Shown piece by piece: positions 8,196-17,244 of a DNA stretch of 35,019 bases. The position numbers were made by a program, and so were the translations under genes. Below the pieces are notes generated by a model. That model was not told the origin of the DNA and ran no database searches. It worked only from the letters and a program-made list of their open reading frames with translations. Position 1 is the stretch's first letter, and each line of letters begins with the position of its first letter. Origin of the DNA: Bacteroidia bacterium (lineage in GTDB: Bacteria; Bacteroidota; Bacteroidia; B-17B0; Aurantibacillaceae); NCBI GenBank assembly GCA_050186555.1, contig JBFWYJ010000001.1, positions 1 to 35,019 on the forward strand, read 5' to 3'.

Positions 8196-10273
8196 ATATA
8201 AACAGATTTATTCGCTGTTGCTTCCTCTTCCTATTAGCTTTAATTTCATCAAAACTAATAAGCCAGAACAAATATAAACCTGGTGAACTTGAGAAAATCC
8301 TCACTCCTTTAACTAAAGCTATTCAAACAAAAGACGAAAAATCTTTTTTCGATTTTTACGGCATAAAATATTCTGAGGCCATATCAAAAAAAGACACCGT
8401 ATTGCTTTGCAACCTTTTAAGTAAAGCCGGGTTGTTTTATTATTTTACGGAAAATTATTCTAATGCTATAAAATGTTATGACACAGCATTGGTAATTTCG
8501 AAAAAAGCTAATTATATTGATATGTTAATTAGTTACCATATGAACAGAGGGGCTGTCAACTTTTCTGCTCAAAAATATACCGGCGCGCTAAAAGATTACT
8601 TAGCCTGTGAGGAGTTGATGATAAACACTAAATCAGATAAATTTGGAAGCCTGCTTGGGAACATTTCGCTTTTATACAGAGAAATTGGGGATCTAGAAAA
8701 GGCTAAAGCTTATTTAAAAAAATCCCTTCCTTTTATTAAATTTTCTGATGATGTTGCTAGCTATGTTAAAAGCATCAACAACCTTGCATTAATTTATTAC
8801 AACGAAAAAGATTATAAAGGAGCCGATAGCTTATTTCAACTTGGATATCAGCTTGCAAAGAAAAATAATCTTAACCAAGACCTTGCTGATATTACTTATA
8901 ATATGTGCGCAAGTTTAAGTGAGGTTGGAAAATTTAAAGAGGCCATTCCATACCAGCTAGAATTACTGCAGTTAATTAGAAAAATGAACCTTGGTCCATC
9001 GTGGGAAAAGCTGCTTTTACAAGATCTGGCAATAACACATTTTGAAACTAATAAAATAAAGGCCTCAAAAGATTTTTTAAAGCAATCCGAAAAAATCAAA
9101 TTGCCAGAAGAAGCAGCAGAAAGGGACTTCATAGGTTCATTAAAAAATATTGCTTCGATATATCACAAGCTAGGAATGCTTGAAAAAGCTGTTGAGGCAT
9201 ACAGTGAATGCATTGAATTAATTGAAAATCGCTCAAATTCACAAGAACTTAGTGATTTCAGCCAACTAGCCTATAACTATGAACGTGCGCAAGACTCACT
9301 TAAAGCCGCCAAAGAATTAGCATTAACAGAGCTGGAAGCAAAAAGACAAAAAGATATTTCTGAACATAAATTAGAAAGACAAAAAATTTACCTTGCCTTA
9401 TCTCTGGTTGTATTAGTCGGTATTATTGCGTTTGCGATTAATCAAGTTAAAACCAATAGAGCAAAAGAAAAAGCCAATAAAGAAATTCTTACACAAAAGA
9501 AATTACTTGATGAAAAGAATAAAGAAATCACTGACTCGATAACATATGCCAAACGTATTCAAAATTCATTGCTTCCACCTGATAACTACCTCAAAGAAAG
9601 TTTGAAAAACTATTTTGTGCTTTATTTACCGAAAGACATTGTAAGTGGTGATTTTTATTGGGTTAAAAAAACAAATGAAAATGAAGCCCTAGTTGCTGTT
9701 GGTGATTGTACCGGACACGGTGTTCCGGGCGCTATTATGAGTGCGCTTAGTGTGCAACATCTTAATGCTATTTCTGATGAAACAAATTCGCCTTCAGGCA
9801 TTCTGACAAAATTAAATCGGGATTTAAAAGGCACTTTGCAACAAGATGAATTAGGGAATTCTAAAGATGGTCTGGATATTTGTTTGTGCAAAATAGATTT
9901 TTCCAAGAAATCTATTTCCTATTCCGGTGCCAATAGAAATCTTTGGTTGATTACCAATAAAGAATTACATGAAATAAAAGCCACGAAAACCGGAATAGCA
10001 GGACATACAAATTCAGATCAAGTTTTTGAAGAAATTCAAATACAATATTCTCCAAATGATGTATTGATAATGTCTTCGGACGGTTATGCCGATCAGTTTG
10101 GTGGCCTGAAAGAAAAGAAAATAACAACAAAACGTTTCAAAAGTTATTTAACCGAATCTTCACTATCTAATATGAATGAATTGCATGCTTTGTTAAAAGA
10201 AAATTATTTAACTTGGAAGGGTGATTTGGAGCAAATAGATGATGTTTGCGTATTTGGAATTAAATTGACATAA
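8192..10273 (+). CDS. TPR sensor-TM-SpoIIE/RsbU-type PP2C phosphatase
   Basis: Signal peptide LIS|Q, TPR-like helices, TM segment IYLALSLVVLVGIIAFAI, then SITYAKRIQ, VSGDFY, DCTGHGVPGA, SDGYADQFGG and QIDD motifs. Confidence 0.9.
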   Translation: MNINRFIRCCFLFLLALISSKLISQNKYKPGELEKILTPLTKAIQTKDEKSFFDFYGIKYSEAISKKDTVLLCNLLSKAGLFYYFTENYSNAIKCYDTALVISKKANYIDMLISYHMNRGAVNFSAQKYTGALKDYLACEELMINTKSDKFGSLLGNISLLYREIGDLEKAKAYLKKSLPFIKFSDDVASYVKSINNLALIYYNEKDYKGADSLFQLGYQLAKKNNLNQDLADITYNMCASLSEVGKFKEAIPYQLELLQLIRKMNLGPSWEKLLLQDLAITHFETNKIKASKDFLKQSEKIKLPEEAAERDFIGSLKNIASIYHKLGMLEKAVEAYSECIELIENRSNSQELSDFSQLAYNYERAQDSLKAAKELALTELEAKRQKDISEHKLERQKIYLALSLVVLVGIIAFAINQVKTNRAKEKANKEILTQKKLLDEKNKEITDSITYAKRIQNSLLPPDNYLKESLKNYFVLYLPKDIVSGDFYWVKKTNENEALVAVGDCTGHGVPGAIMSALSVQHLNAISDETNSPSGILTKLNRDLKGTLQQDELGNSKDGLDICLCKIDFSKKSISYSGANRNLWLITNKELHEIKATKTGIAGHTNSDQVFEEIQIQYSPNDVLIMSSDGYADQFGGLKEKKITTKRFKSYLTESSLSNMNELHALLKENYLTWKGDLEQIDDVCVFGIKLT

Positions 10274-10275
10274 TT

Positions 10276-11433
10276 ATGCCTATTTATCATAAACTTGGGA
10301 AGTTCCCACAAAAGAGACACACTGTATTTCAGTCGGACAAAAAAGCGCATTATTACGAACAGCTTTTTGGCACGGAAGGCTTTAGTGGCTTTTCATCGCT
10401 ATTGTATCATGTACACAGGCCAACACAGGTAAAAGAAATTTTAAAGAGTGTTGATGTTCGTCCTAAAATTGCAATTGAGAAAAATATCAAGGCCCTATTA
10501 TTAAAAGGGTTCGAGATTAAACCTGCAGATGATTTTCTTGACAGTCGCAAAACAGTATTAATGAATAGTGATTGTCTTATTGGTTTGGCCGCTCCAAAAA
10601 AATCCATGAAGGATTATTTTTATAAAAATGCGGATGCTGATGAAATGATCTTTATTCATAAGGGTAAAGGAACACTAAGAACATTTATGGGCAACATCCC
10701 TTTTGAATATGGCGACTATTTGATTGTTCCAAGAGGAATGATTTACCAAATGGATTTTGAAACCGAAGACAATAGAATTTTTTACGTTGAAAGTTATGCG
10801 CCATTTTATACGCCAAAGCGTTATAAAAATGCATCCGGCCAATTATTAGAGCATTCTCCTTTTTGTGAACGTGATTTTAAATTACCTGAACAGCTAGAAA
10901 CACATGACGAGAAAGGCGACTTCTTAATTAAAATTAAAAAAGAAGGCATGATGCATGACGTTGTTTATGCAACTCATCCGTTTGATGTGGTTGGTTGGGA
11001 TGGCTACAACTTTCCTTGGGGATTTTCCATTCATAATTTCGAACCGATAACAGGTCGCGTTCATCAACCACCTCCGGTGCATCAGACATTTGAAACTTCA
11101 ACCTTTGTTGTTTGTTCATTTTGTCCTCGTTTATATGATTATCATCCACAAGCAATTCCTGCTCCATATAACCATAGTAATATTGATAGCGATGAAGTAT
11201 TGTATTATGTTGACGGTGATTTCATGAGCAGAAATAACATTGAACAAGGTCATATTACATTGCATCCTAAAGGCATCCCTCATGGTCCGGCACCGGGAGC
11301 CATGGAAAGAAGTATTGGACAGAAAGAAACTGCAGAACTAGCAGTGATGGTAGATACGTTTAAACCATTGATGGTTACTGAGGATGCTATGAAAATTGAT
11401 GACGGAAAATATTATAAGAGTTGGGTTGAATAA
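10276..11433 (+). CDS. hmgA: Homogentisate 1,2-dioxygenase
   Basis: HQPPPVH, PYNHSNIDSDE and TLHPKGIPHGP iron-binding motifs. Adjacent to hppD. Confidence 0.93.
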   Translation: MPIYHKLGKFPQKRHTVFQSDKKAHYYEQLFGTEGFSGFSSLLYHVHRPTQVKEILKSVDVRPKIAIEKNIKALLLKGFEIKPADDFLDSRKTVLMNSDCLIGLAAPKKSMKDYFYKNADADEMIFIHKGKGTLRTFMGNIPFEYGDYLIVPRGMIYQMDFETEDNRIFYVESYAPFYTPKRYKNASGQLLEHSPFCERDFKLPEQLETHDEKGDFLIKIKKEGMMHDVVYATHPFDVVGWDGYNFPWGFSIHNFEPITGRVHQPPPVHQTFETSTFVVCSFCPRLYDYHPQAIPAPYNHSNIDSDEVLYYVDGDFMSRNNIEQGHITLHPKGIPHGPAPGAMERSIGQKETAELAVMVDTFKPLMVTEDAMKIDDGKYYKSWVE

Positions 11434-11435
11434 GA

Positions 11436-11854
11436 TAATTAGATGATTAGTTAATGAGATGATGAACTAAGAATGTCAGAGAACCCGAGACATAAAGATA
11501 ATTTAATAGTGCAACTTACATTTGAGTTTGCACTAAATATAATTTCCTTTTCTGAAACATTAAACTCATGTAAAAAATTCAACTTAAGTAATCAACTGTT
11601 TAGAAGCGGTACAAGCATTGGAGCAAATGTGAAAGAAGCTCAAAACGCAGAAAGCAAGGCTGACTTCATACATAAAATGAAAATTGCAATAAAAGAGGCA
11701 GAAGAAACTGAGTACTGGCTTTTACTTTGTAAAAACTCAAAAGAATACCCGGATTGCGATTCGCTTTTAGAAAAACTAACATCAATCACAAAAGTTTTAA
11801 ATAAAATAATTAGTACTACTAAGCAACCATCTAAATCAACTAATCATCTAATTA
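11436..11854. repeat. Perfect 17-bp inverted repeat bracketing the four-helix-bundle gene
   Basis: taattagatgattagtt (11436-11452) is the exact reverse complement of aactaatcatctaatta (11838-11854). Partial extra copies occur at about 12016-12054. Confidence 0.85.
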
Positions 11855-11859
11855 ATTAG
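11473..11859 (+). CDS. Four helix bundle protein (23S rRNA intervening-sequence protein / Avd-like family)
   Basis: QLFRSGTSIGANVKEAQNAESKADFIHKMKIAIKEAEETEYWL family signature. Confidence 0.92.
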   Translation: MSENPRHKDNLIVQLTFEFALNIISFSETLNSCKKFNLSNQLFRSGTSIGANVKEAQNAESKADFIHKMKIAIKEAEETEYWLLLCKNSKEYPDCDSLLEKLTSITKVLNKIISTTKQPSKSTNHLIN

Positions 11860-12057
11860 CGAACAAAGTATGTTGTCAAAATTATTAAAATTAAAACTAG
11901 AACTCCGATCACTTAGCATGGCAATGTGGTCAAATTAGAAACTGCATTGAGCATTCACAATCCTAAGCATTGTTTAATAAATAATTGATAATACAAGAAT
12001 AAATAAATTACAATTATCATCTAATTAACTAATCAACAAATTAACTAATTAATTACC

Positions 12058-13218
12058 ATGGCAAAAGAAGTAAAAAATGTAGAATATGGTCTAGAGAAAA
12101 TCTTTGAAGGAGCGCAGGATTTCCTTCCTTTATTAGGAACCGACTATGTAGAATTTTATGTGGGTAACGCAAAACAATCAGCTCACTTTTATAAAACAGC
12201 ATTCGGTTTTCAATCGTTTGCATACGCAGGTTTAGAGACCGGGTTAAAAGACCGCACCTCATATGTTTTAAAACAGGATAAAATTAAAATTATATTAACC
12301 ACCGCTTTGAAAAGTGATTCGCCAATTGGTGAGCATGTAAAAAAACACGGTGATGGTGTAAAAGTAATTGCGCTTTGGGTGGAAGACGCACGTAAGTCAT
12401 TTGAAGAAACTGTGAAGCGCGGTGCTAAACCATACATGGAACCAACCGTAGAAAAAGATGAGCATGGTGAGGTGGTGCGTGCGGGAATTTATACTTATGG
12501 CGAAACCGTTCACATGTTTGTTGAACGTAAAAATTACAAAGGCACATTTTTACCAGGCTTTAAAGAATGGAAAAGTGATTACAACCCAACACCTGTTGGA
12601 TTAAAATTTGTTGATCACATGGTTGGAAATGTAGACTGGAATCAAATGAATCCAACTGTGAAATGGTATGAAGATGTTATGGGTTTTGTAAACTTTTTAA
12701 GTTTTGATGATAAGCAAATTCATACTGAATACTCTGCATTAATGAGTAAGGTAATGAGTAACGGGAATGGCCGTATCAAATTCCCTATCAATGAGCCCGC
12801 AAAAGGAAATAAAAAATCACAAATTGAAGAATACATTGAGTTTTATGAAGGCGCAGGTGTTCAGCATTTAGCATTAGCTACTGATGATATCATTAAAACC
12901 GTTAGTGAATTAAAAGCGCGTGGTGTAGAATTCTTACCGCCGCCTCCTCAAGCTTATTACGATGAGATTCCAAAACGTTTAGGTGTACATCGTGATATGA
13001 TGAAAGAAGATATTGCGCAATTACAAAAACTATCTATTTTGGTTGATGCCGATGAAGATGGTTACTTATTGCAAATTTTCACCAAGCCGGTAGAAGACCG
13101 TCCAACATTATTCTACGAAATCATTCAACGTATGGGTGCAACAGGTTTTGGCGCCGGTAACTTTAAAGCTTTGTTTGAGAGTATTGAAAGAGAACAAGCA
13201 TTAAGAGGGACTTTGTAA
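12058..13218 (+). CDS. hppD: 4-hydroxyphenylpyruvate dioxygenase
   Basis: DHMVGN, GVQHLAL, LLQIFTKP, FYEIIQR and GFGAGNFKALFESIEREQ motifs. Confidence 0.97.
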   Translation: MAKEVKNVEYGLEKIFEGAQDFLPLLGTDYVEFYVGNAKQSAHFYKTAFGFQSFAYAGLETGLKDRTSYVLKQDKIKIILTTALKSDSPIGEHVKKHGDGVKVIALWVEDARKSFEETVKRGAKPYMEPTVEKDEHGEVVRAGIYTYGETVHMFVERKNYKGTFLPGFKEWKSDYNPTPVGLKFVDHMVGNVDWNQMNPTVKWYEDVMGFVNFLSFDDKQIHTEYSALMSKVMSNGNGRIKFPINEPAKGNKKSQIEEYIEFYEGAGVQHLALATDDIIKTVSELKARGVEFLPPPPQAYYDEIPKRLGVHRDMMKEDIAQLQKLSILVDADEDGYLLQIFTKPVEDRPTLFYEIIQRMGATGFGAGNFKALFESIEREQALRGTL

Positions 13219-13228
13219 TAAAGCATCC

Positions 13229-13253
13229 GGACATTGAGTGTGTCGAAATGTCC
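13229..13253. repeat. Short palindromic REP-like hairpin
   Basis: ggacatt-gagtgtgtcga-aatgtcc: 7-bp stem with a TGAG..GTCGAA core. Confidence 0.4.
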
Positions 13254-13271
13254 ATTATTAATCATAACAAT

Positions 13272-13300
13272 AAACCACTGCAAATGCAGTGGTTTTCTTT
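13272..13300 (+). terminator. Intrinsic terminator after hppD, likely bidirectional
   Basis: aaaccactgca-aa-tgcagtggttt followed by tcttt, located between convergent genes. Confidence 0.85.
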
Positions 13301-13323
13301 TAGAAATCGCTATTTCAATAAAT

Positions 13324-15321
13324 TTAGTTTTTGTTTTTGGCTTGGATTATTAAAACTTCTGATTTTAACTCATTAACTGCATTAACCAATTCAGGATAAA
13401 CTCTTCTAAACTGATAATCAGAGAAATATTTCACTTTTAAATTTTTAAACTTGCTGTACAGAAGTTTATTTTTTAGGTCATAATAATATATGCGTGCTTT
13501 AACTTTTTTTGTTGTTTCTACAAATGCTCCACGTTGACTCTCCTGAATTAAAAACTCCACAAATATTATTGAATTACATTTTACTTCATTCGCAAAACAT
13601 AACACAGAAGGTGCATCTATTCTTGGGTCACTATATGTTTTTTTAATTTTTTTACTTCCTCTAAAGTGATGTTTCTTTCGAATAGCATTTTTAATTTTAG
13701 AATTGTGATGTAAACTTTTAGTTGCTAGTCTTGCTAACTGATTTGATACTGTTATTCTATCTACATAATTTAAACGAGGGAGATAGTCTATATACGATTG
13801 AGCATTCTCCGGGTTACTCATTTCTTGAATCCAATTAATAAACATTTTTTGTTCAATGCTATTTGAGTCAATTAAGTAATAATTAAATAGTTTATTATCC
13901 CAATAACTCGTAAAAGTCCTGTTAAAAAATATTGGAGTATTGTTTGAAATGTCAATTATATCTGATGAACATTGACTTTCTTTTATAAATGAATAAAGTA
14001 ATTCTTGCTCAGATTTAATTGGAGTTATTTCTTTATGCCCAAACCTTGATAAAACAGGAGAACAAGACTTGCAATTTGCGACCGCATAACTCTTAAAATA
14101 TTCTAATGCATCGCTGTTGGTAAAAAATTCTAAATCTGAAGGTTCGGAGAGTGCACCTTTAATTTTATCTTTTATTTGCTGCCAATACATTTTATATACT
14201 TTTTCAAGATTTGTATGTATACTTTTGCCATTTAAATACTTTCTTTTATACCTCCATGTAATAAATGGCTTGTTACAAAAATTAGGATTAATTTCGTTTT
14301 GAAGTCTCAAAGATTCTAGAAGAAAATATTGGTAATATTCATCATTTGGCAAGAGTAAATGGTTCATATAACAGAATTCAATACATTCATCAAATTGGTT
14401 GTTTTTAAAAAGCAAGTAGATTGATTCATCCGTTGTTCTTTTTTTTAATTTTCCAAAACTTATTGAGTCTACCAGAAAATTCATTGAGCCTGGATTTTCA
14501 ATTTCTTTAACCTTTTTACTCATAATTTTGAGTCGCCTTGAGCCGAAAGGGTGAGATCTATAAATAACACTTTTCTTCTTGTGACCTTTTATATATTTTG
14601 CATGCTCTTCCAGATTTTTTAAGTGATTATTCATCGATAGAATACCATTAACATTATATCTGTTTTGTTTAAACTTTTTAATGGCATAGTAATCAGCATC
14701 TTTTTCACCTTTTCTGATTCGACCGGAGTATATTGCATAGTCTATTAATTGCCCTAAATAACCAGTATAAGAAAACAACGACATTATCGCACTTCTAATT
14801 AAAATATTACTTTGCCATTTAAATCTCTTATATGAATGTTTAAGGTCAGAGTGGCCAAACTCATGACTTATGAGAGAAGCTAATTCTGCTTCATTATTTA
14901 ATAAAGCTAAAGTGCCAATATTTATATTGACCGATCCATCTTCAATTGAAAAGGCGTTTATTGACGGATCCTTTACAATTCTAACTTCCGTGTTAATTGC
15001 GTCGTACTTATTGTTTAATGTTTTATACAAGACACTGTCTAAATAACTTATTTCCTCATGTAAATTAGTATAAATCAAATCTGAACTTAATATGGTCTTT
15101 TTAAATCGTGCCGTTTGATTCGCAAAATTATCTCTTCTTGATTCTAAAAGAAACATTGAGTCATACTTAATACGTAAATACTCTTTATACGCATCTATAT
15201 CAAAACCAATTGGTTGATACTTTTCAGGGTCAACAGTTACCTTGTGTGAGTCAAATGATTGAGCAATATTATTTAGAAAAAATAATAAAAGTAAATTAAT
15301 AAAGAAATAGCTTTTTTTCAT
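13324..15321 (-). CDS. M48-family metallopeptidase with a long uncharacterised C-terminal region
   Basis: Signal peptide NIA|Q. INAFS, EAELASLISHEFGH (HExxH), EKDAD and SHP motifs. 4-nt overlap with the mqnD stop. Confidence 0.8.
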   Translation of the reverse strand: MKKSYFFINLLLLFFLNNIAQSFDSHKVTVDPEKYQPIGFDIDAYKEYLRIKYDSMFLLESRRDNFANQTARFKKTILSSDLIYTNLHEEISYLDSVLYKTLNNKYDAINTEVRIVKDPSINAFSIEDGSVNINIGTLALLNNEAELASLISHEFGHSDLKHSYKRFKWQSNILIRSAIMSLFSYTGYLGQLIDYAIYSGRIRKGEKDADYYAIKKFKQNRYNVNGILSMNNHLKNLEEHAKYIKGHKKKSVIYRSHPFGSRRLKIMSKKVKEIENPGSMNFLVDSISFGKLKKRTTDESIYLLFKNNQFDECIEFCYMNHLLLPNDEYYQYFLLESLRLQNEINPNFCNKPFITWRYKRKYLNGKSIHTNLEKVYKMYWQQIKDKIKGALSEPSDLEFFTNSDALEYFKSYAVANCKSCSPVLSRFGHKEITPIKSEQELLYSFIKESQCSSDIIDISNNTPIFFNRTFTSYWDNKLFNYYLIDSNSIEQKMFINWIQEMSNPENAQSYIDYLPRLNYVDRITVSNQLARLATKSLHHNSKIKNAIRKKHHFRGSKKIKKTYSDPRIDAPSVLCFANEVKCNSIIFVEFLIQESQRGAFVETTKKVKARIYYYDLKNKLLYSKFKNLKVKYFSDYQFRRVYPELVNAVNELKSEVLIIQAKNKN

Positions 15322-16112
15322 ACAGTTTTTGTAAACCTGCTAAATAATAATTCCACTGCCCGATTCCCCAACTCTCCCAATTGAATAGAAAAATCATTTA
15401 CGTATAAATTGATATGTTTCTTCATTACCTCTTCGCTCATTTCCTGGGCATGCTCTCTAACATACGGCATGCTGCTTTCAGGATTGGCAAAGGCATATTC
15501 AACACTTTTCTTGATTAAACTGTCAATGTCTTGAATGACATTTTGCGGCAAATTCTTGTTTGCAACAATACCTCCTAATGGTATTGGTGCATTAATTAAT
15601 TCATCCCAAAATTCTCCTAAGTCACGAACTTTTCTTAATCCCTTAGCTTCGTAGGTAAATCTGTTTTCATGAATAATTAATCCTGCATCAACCTTTCCTC
15701 CCAAAACCGAATCTTCAATTTCACTAAAAAGCATTTCTGTTTTATTCTTCAGGTTTGGGTAAGCAATACTTAGCAATAAATTTGCAGTTGTTAGTTTTCC
15801 GGGAATGGCAACTGATTTTATTTCCTCCTCAGGATTTTTAAATTCCCTTTTGGAAATTAATATAGGTCCGCAATTAAAACCCAAAGCGCTACCACTTTGT
15901 AATAGTTGGTATTTATCCTGAACATGATAAAAGGCATGGTAACTCAATTTGGTAACTGGCAGCGTTCCTTCCATTGCCCATTGGTTAAGTGTTTCAACAT
16001 CTTCCAAAACAGGTTCGAATTTGTAATTGCCAGTGTCAATTTTACCATGAACCAAAGCATCGAAAATAAAACAGTCGTTCGGACAAGGAGAATATCCAAT
16101 TTTAATTAGCAT
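15318..16112 (-). CDS. mqnD: 1,4-dihydroxy-6-naphthoate synthase (futalosine pathway)
   Basis: GYSPCPNDCFIF, DVETLN, AIPGKLTTA, LIIHENRFTY and HINLYVN motifs. Confidence 0.93.
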   Translation of the reverse strand: MLIKIGYSPCPNDCFIFDALVHGKIDTGNYKFEPVLEDVETLNQWAMEGTLPVTKLSYHAFYHVQDKYQLLQSGSALGFNCGPILISKREFKNPEEEIKSVAIPGKLTTANLLLSIAYPNLKNKTEMLFSEIEDSVLGGKVDAGLIIHENRFTYEAKGLRKVRDLGEFWDELINAPIPLGGIVANKNLPQNVIQDIDSLIKKSVEYAFANPESSMPYVREHAQEMSEEVMKKHINLYVNDFSIQLGELGNRAVELLFSRFTKTV

Positions 16113-16770
16113 CGAAATATTCTTCTATAATTTTCATTCCTGTTTTATTTAAGTTTGTTATCGCTAAAGGAATGTTCCAATTATTCTTATTTCTTTTTTC
16201 CACTTTATTTGAAATAGCTCTGAGCTGAATGTAATTACTGTATCTTGCGCATGCAGCAAAAAATGCCGCGCCTTCCATGCTTTCAATATCCGGATTAAAT
16301 ATTTTCTTAACCCAACTTATACTATTTTCATTACCGTGCACTTTATTCACTGTTGCCCCTTTCACTTTTTTTAATTGATCGATTGAGGGCAAATTTATAT
16401 TATATTGTTCGGTATAATTCGCATGTGCTCCTATATTTAACTCATGTGCTTTTAAAAAAGCATCACCATCTTCCGCACCCATCTCAATTAATTCGTCTTT
16501 TGCAACATGTACAACGTCTCCAATTTTAACATCATCATTAAATGAGCCGGCAATTCCCAGATTCAAAATAAAATCAAACAACTCATTTGAATACTTCCCA
16601 ATTTGATAAGCTGTATTAACCATTCCTACGCCCGTAATTAATATATTCAACTGGCGTTTTTCATTTATCATAGTATCATACATGCCTTCACCGGTAACAA
16701 CAATAGAGAAATGGTCCAAAAGAGGTTGGATTTCTAAAGGAGTAGCTGCAACTATAAGAACTTTGTTCAT
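16102..16770 (-). CDS. mqnB: Futalosine hydrolase
   Basis: PNP/MTAN fold motifs TGVGMVN, NLGIAGSF, ESMEGAA and LRAISN, plus WNIPLA. Overlaps mqnD by 11 nt. Confidence 0.88.
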   Translation of the reverse strand: MNKVLIVAATPLEIQPLLDHFSIVVTGEGMYDTMINEKRQLNILITGVGMVNTAYQIGKYSNELFDFILNLGIAGSFNDDVKIGDVVHVAKDELIEMGAEDGDAFLKAHELNIGAHANYTEQYNINLPSIDQLKKVKGATVNKVHGNENSISWVKKIFNPDIESMEGAAFFAACARYSNYIQLRAISNKVEKRNKNNWNIPLAITNLNKTGMKIIEEYFDAN

Positions 16771-16806
16771 CTTTAAATTGGAATCATAAAAATACGTTTA
16801 AAATCC

Positions 16807-16814
16807 TAAATTTG
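16807..16814 (+). promoter_or_regulatory. Candidate -7 promoter box (leaderless or very short leader)
   Basis: TAAATTTG-cgcc-ATG. Confidence 0.6.
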
Positions 16815-16818
16815 CGCC

Positions 16819-17235
16819 ATGGTTTACTTAACCCGTCACGAACATTTTAATGCTGCTCATAAATTGTACAACAATAATTGGAGCAAGGAAAAGAACGCTT
16901 TAGTTTTTGGGAAATGCGCCAACGAAAACTGGCATGGACATAATTACGAAGTAATGATTACGGTCAAAGGAAATCCCGACCCGGAAACCGGATTTGTAAT
17001 GGATGCTAAAAAACTGAGCGAGCTAATCTCAATTTATGTTGTAGAGCCTCTCGATCATAAAAATTTGAATCTGGATGTGCCCTTTCTAAAGGACAAACTT
17101 CCAAGTACTGAAAATGTGGCTATTGCTATTTGGGAGCAATTATTCGATAAATTGCCGGCTAATGTGGCTTTACATTGTGTTAAAATATACGAAACCCCAA
17201 GAATTGGGGTAGAATATTTTGGCCCCACCAAATAA
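16819..17235 (+). CDS. 6-pyruvoyl-tetrahydropterin synthase / QueD family protein, paralog 1
   Basis: FNAAH, GKCANENWHGHNY, LDHKNLN, STEN and ET motifs (COG0720). Confidence 0.9.
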   Translation: MVYLTRHEHFNAAHKLYNNNWSKEKNALVFGKCANENWHGHNYEVMITVKGNPDPETGFVMDAKKLSELISIYVVEPLDHKNLNLDVPFLKDKLPSTENVAIAIWEQLFDKLPANVALHCVKIYETPRIGVEYFGPTK

Positions 17236-17244
17236 ATTTTTCTT

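Noticed and set aside
11473-11859. Diversity-generating retroelement suggested by the Avd-like protein
   Set aside because: No reverse transcriptase and no template/variable repeat pair found in the window.
11870-11938. 22-codon ORF MLSKLLKLKLELRSLSMAMWSN between the four-helix-bundle gene and hppD
   Set aside because: Short, with no recognisable motif; expected by chance in AT-rich DNA.
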